DNA of 64,000 nucleotides from assembly GCF_964194025.1 (NCBI RefSeq), contig NC_134470.1, positions 71,424,001 through 71,488,000 on the forward strand, given 5' to 3'. Below are positions 62,439-64,000 of this stretch, piece by piece. Source of the stretch: Convolutriloba macropyga. Its lineage: Eukaryota. How positions within the stretch are numbered: position 1 is the first letter of the stretch; the number at the start of each line of letters is the position of its first letter. Below the pieces are notes generated by a model. The model made no database searches and was not told the DNA's origin. It was given only the letters and a program-made list of their open reading frames with translations. The position numbers and the translations under genes were made by a program.

Positions 62439-62932
62439 GTTGTTGTTGTTGTAATTATTACTTTTATTGTTATTAATTTTATTACTATCATTCATTTCAA
62501 ATTTTTTTTGCGTTTCTGTTACAATATAGTTATTTTTGTGGTTGCTATTATTGTGCAATTATTTCATCTAACGTTTTTACTTTCATATTTGTAGTTTTCT
62601 GTTTAAGATTGTTCTTTTTTCTTTGACATCTAGGTGTCTTAATTTTTGCCCTTCTTAGATTTTCTCTGTGATTTACCTTAGCCCCATTTATAGTTTACTC
62701 TGTACTTTAAAAACACTTACCATGTTTAGCCATTGTTTTCATTATCCCATAGTTATCAAAACTGTCAGCTTTTAAAGTTTCAATGTCTTTCATTAAAGTT
62801 TTCACTTTATCATTTCAGTCTGTCTTTTATGTTGTCACTGTCTTTTTTTTCTTTTTTTTGTTAGAGCATATTTTGATTACAGATAAAATTGTGTAATGCA
62901 AATTACATAGAGTTTCTTTTGAATAAAATTTT
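58564..62932. repeat. Three tandem copies of a ~1.4-kb unit with an internal (TTA)n-rich tract
   Basis: Units start aagattgtcagggcgaaatg at ~58564, 60042 and 61464; repeated spurious ORFs (58775/61652 and 60842/62337); N-gaps at 59427-59558 and 62123-62288 fall in the AT microsatellite tracts. Confidence 0.95.
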
Positions 62933-64000
62933 GATTTTTAATCGAACTCTAAACTTAGCTTGGATGTGAGACATTGCGCCAAAAAGCTTACAAATTAAAG
63001 TCGATATTTTTGGTAGCTTGTTGGAGCGTAGCCAGAATCTAACTTGAATTTTAACTTGTGAAATTTTCGACTATCTGAAGAAAAAAAGCATTTGCTTAAA
63101 ATGAAACTAAGGAGAACAATAACATCCTTCCTTGCGCGGCACACAACGCGTTCTTGTCAGTTACAACTGCCAGATTTCTGGAGAATCTGACAGTAGTTGC
63201 AGTTTTCTAAACAATTTTCCCACATGAGGTTAATACGTATGAAAGTTAAATGTATGTATGCGGAGGAAAACAAAAAACATCAGGACTAACAAATTTGTTT
63301 TCTAAGCTTTCTATGTTAGCGAATTGTCGCCTGTTTGAAGTCCGTATAATTTGTTTAATCTTTAGAAATTTTGTTCTACTGCGTTTTTCGTGGAAGTCAA
63401 AGAGCTCATTTTGCCCAACAACTATAGTTGCTATCGTAGTCCCACTGATTAATGACATTTAAGCTGGAATCGTTAATTGCATTTTCATTTTATTATTCTG
63501 CAGTAAATTAACATAGGTTCAAAAGTAATAATCTTTGTCAATTGTATAAACATTTTTAATTTTTTTTTTATAAAAATTAGAAAAGTCTGTGTCCGTTGTC
63601 AATTTATTTCCCTAAATTGTATTGTCTTGTAGCTTTTTTGGCATTGATTTTTGGCATTGACCTATGAAGAGTAAAAATGCCATGTGGTTAAGTTAACGAA
63701 TTGTATCTTTGCATATCGTCGTATTCCGGCCAACTATTACCATATGTTTTTTTAAGCCTCCTTTTCACGTAGATTATTAGAAATTATCTTCGTTTACAAT
63801 GTTTCCTATTCATTCTGCCATCTCCAACTTTTTCATACATAATAATACGACTCAAAAATGGCGGCGGCAGTTGGGGTATTATATGTCGTACCTGCTGGAT
63901 CGATGGGTGCGCTTAGGGTGCGCCATGACTTCGCCTTGATATCCAGCCTGCGATTTGCAGAAGCCATCGAATAACTGAGGAAGAGGCTTGGCCATTGACA

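Noticed and set aside
60842-62558. Asn-rich ORFs (60842-61069, 62337-62558)
   Set aside because: Translations of (TTA)n microsatellite within the tandem repeat.

Overview
AT-rich, repeat-dense eukaryotic (metazoan-like) genomic window with spliceosomal introns and three N-gaps. It contains: (1) a mitochondrial thiamine-pyrophosphate carrier gene (SLC25A19-like, + strand, ~2.7-4.2 kb) and a frameshifted duplicate of its last exon; (2) two multi-exon minus-strand genes that the ORF track shows only as fragments (gene B 13709->8698, ~207 aa; gene A 41457->21336, ~247 aa). Assembled by hand from splice signals and phases, they align along a Cys-rich region I cannot assign to a known family; this is the best candidate for something undescribed; (3) a structurally complete but internally deleted BEL/Pao LTR retrotransposon (33537-39937, 1254-bp LTRs, TACTG TSD, no RT/RNase H) inside an apparent GC-AG intron of gene A; (4) a heavily decayed Gypsy-type pol (~48.7-57 kb) whose RT region is interrupted by a 4.7-kb 32-bp satellite with a patterned variable site; (5) several CCC...GGG/2-bp-TSD non-autonomous DNA transposons, a Tc1 remnant, DINE/Helentron-like repeats, foldbacks and a 3x ~1.4-kb tandem repeat. 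No CRISPR array, rRNA or intact tRNA gene is supported. All alignments were done by eye; no searches were run.
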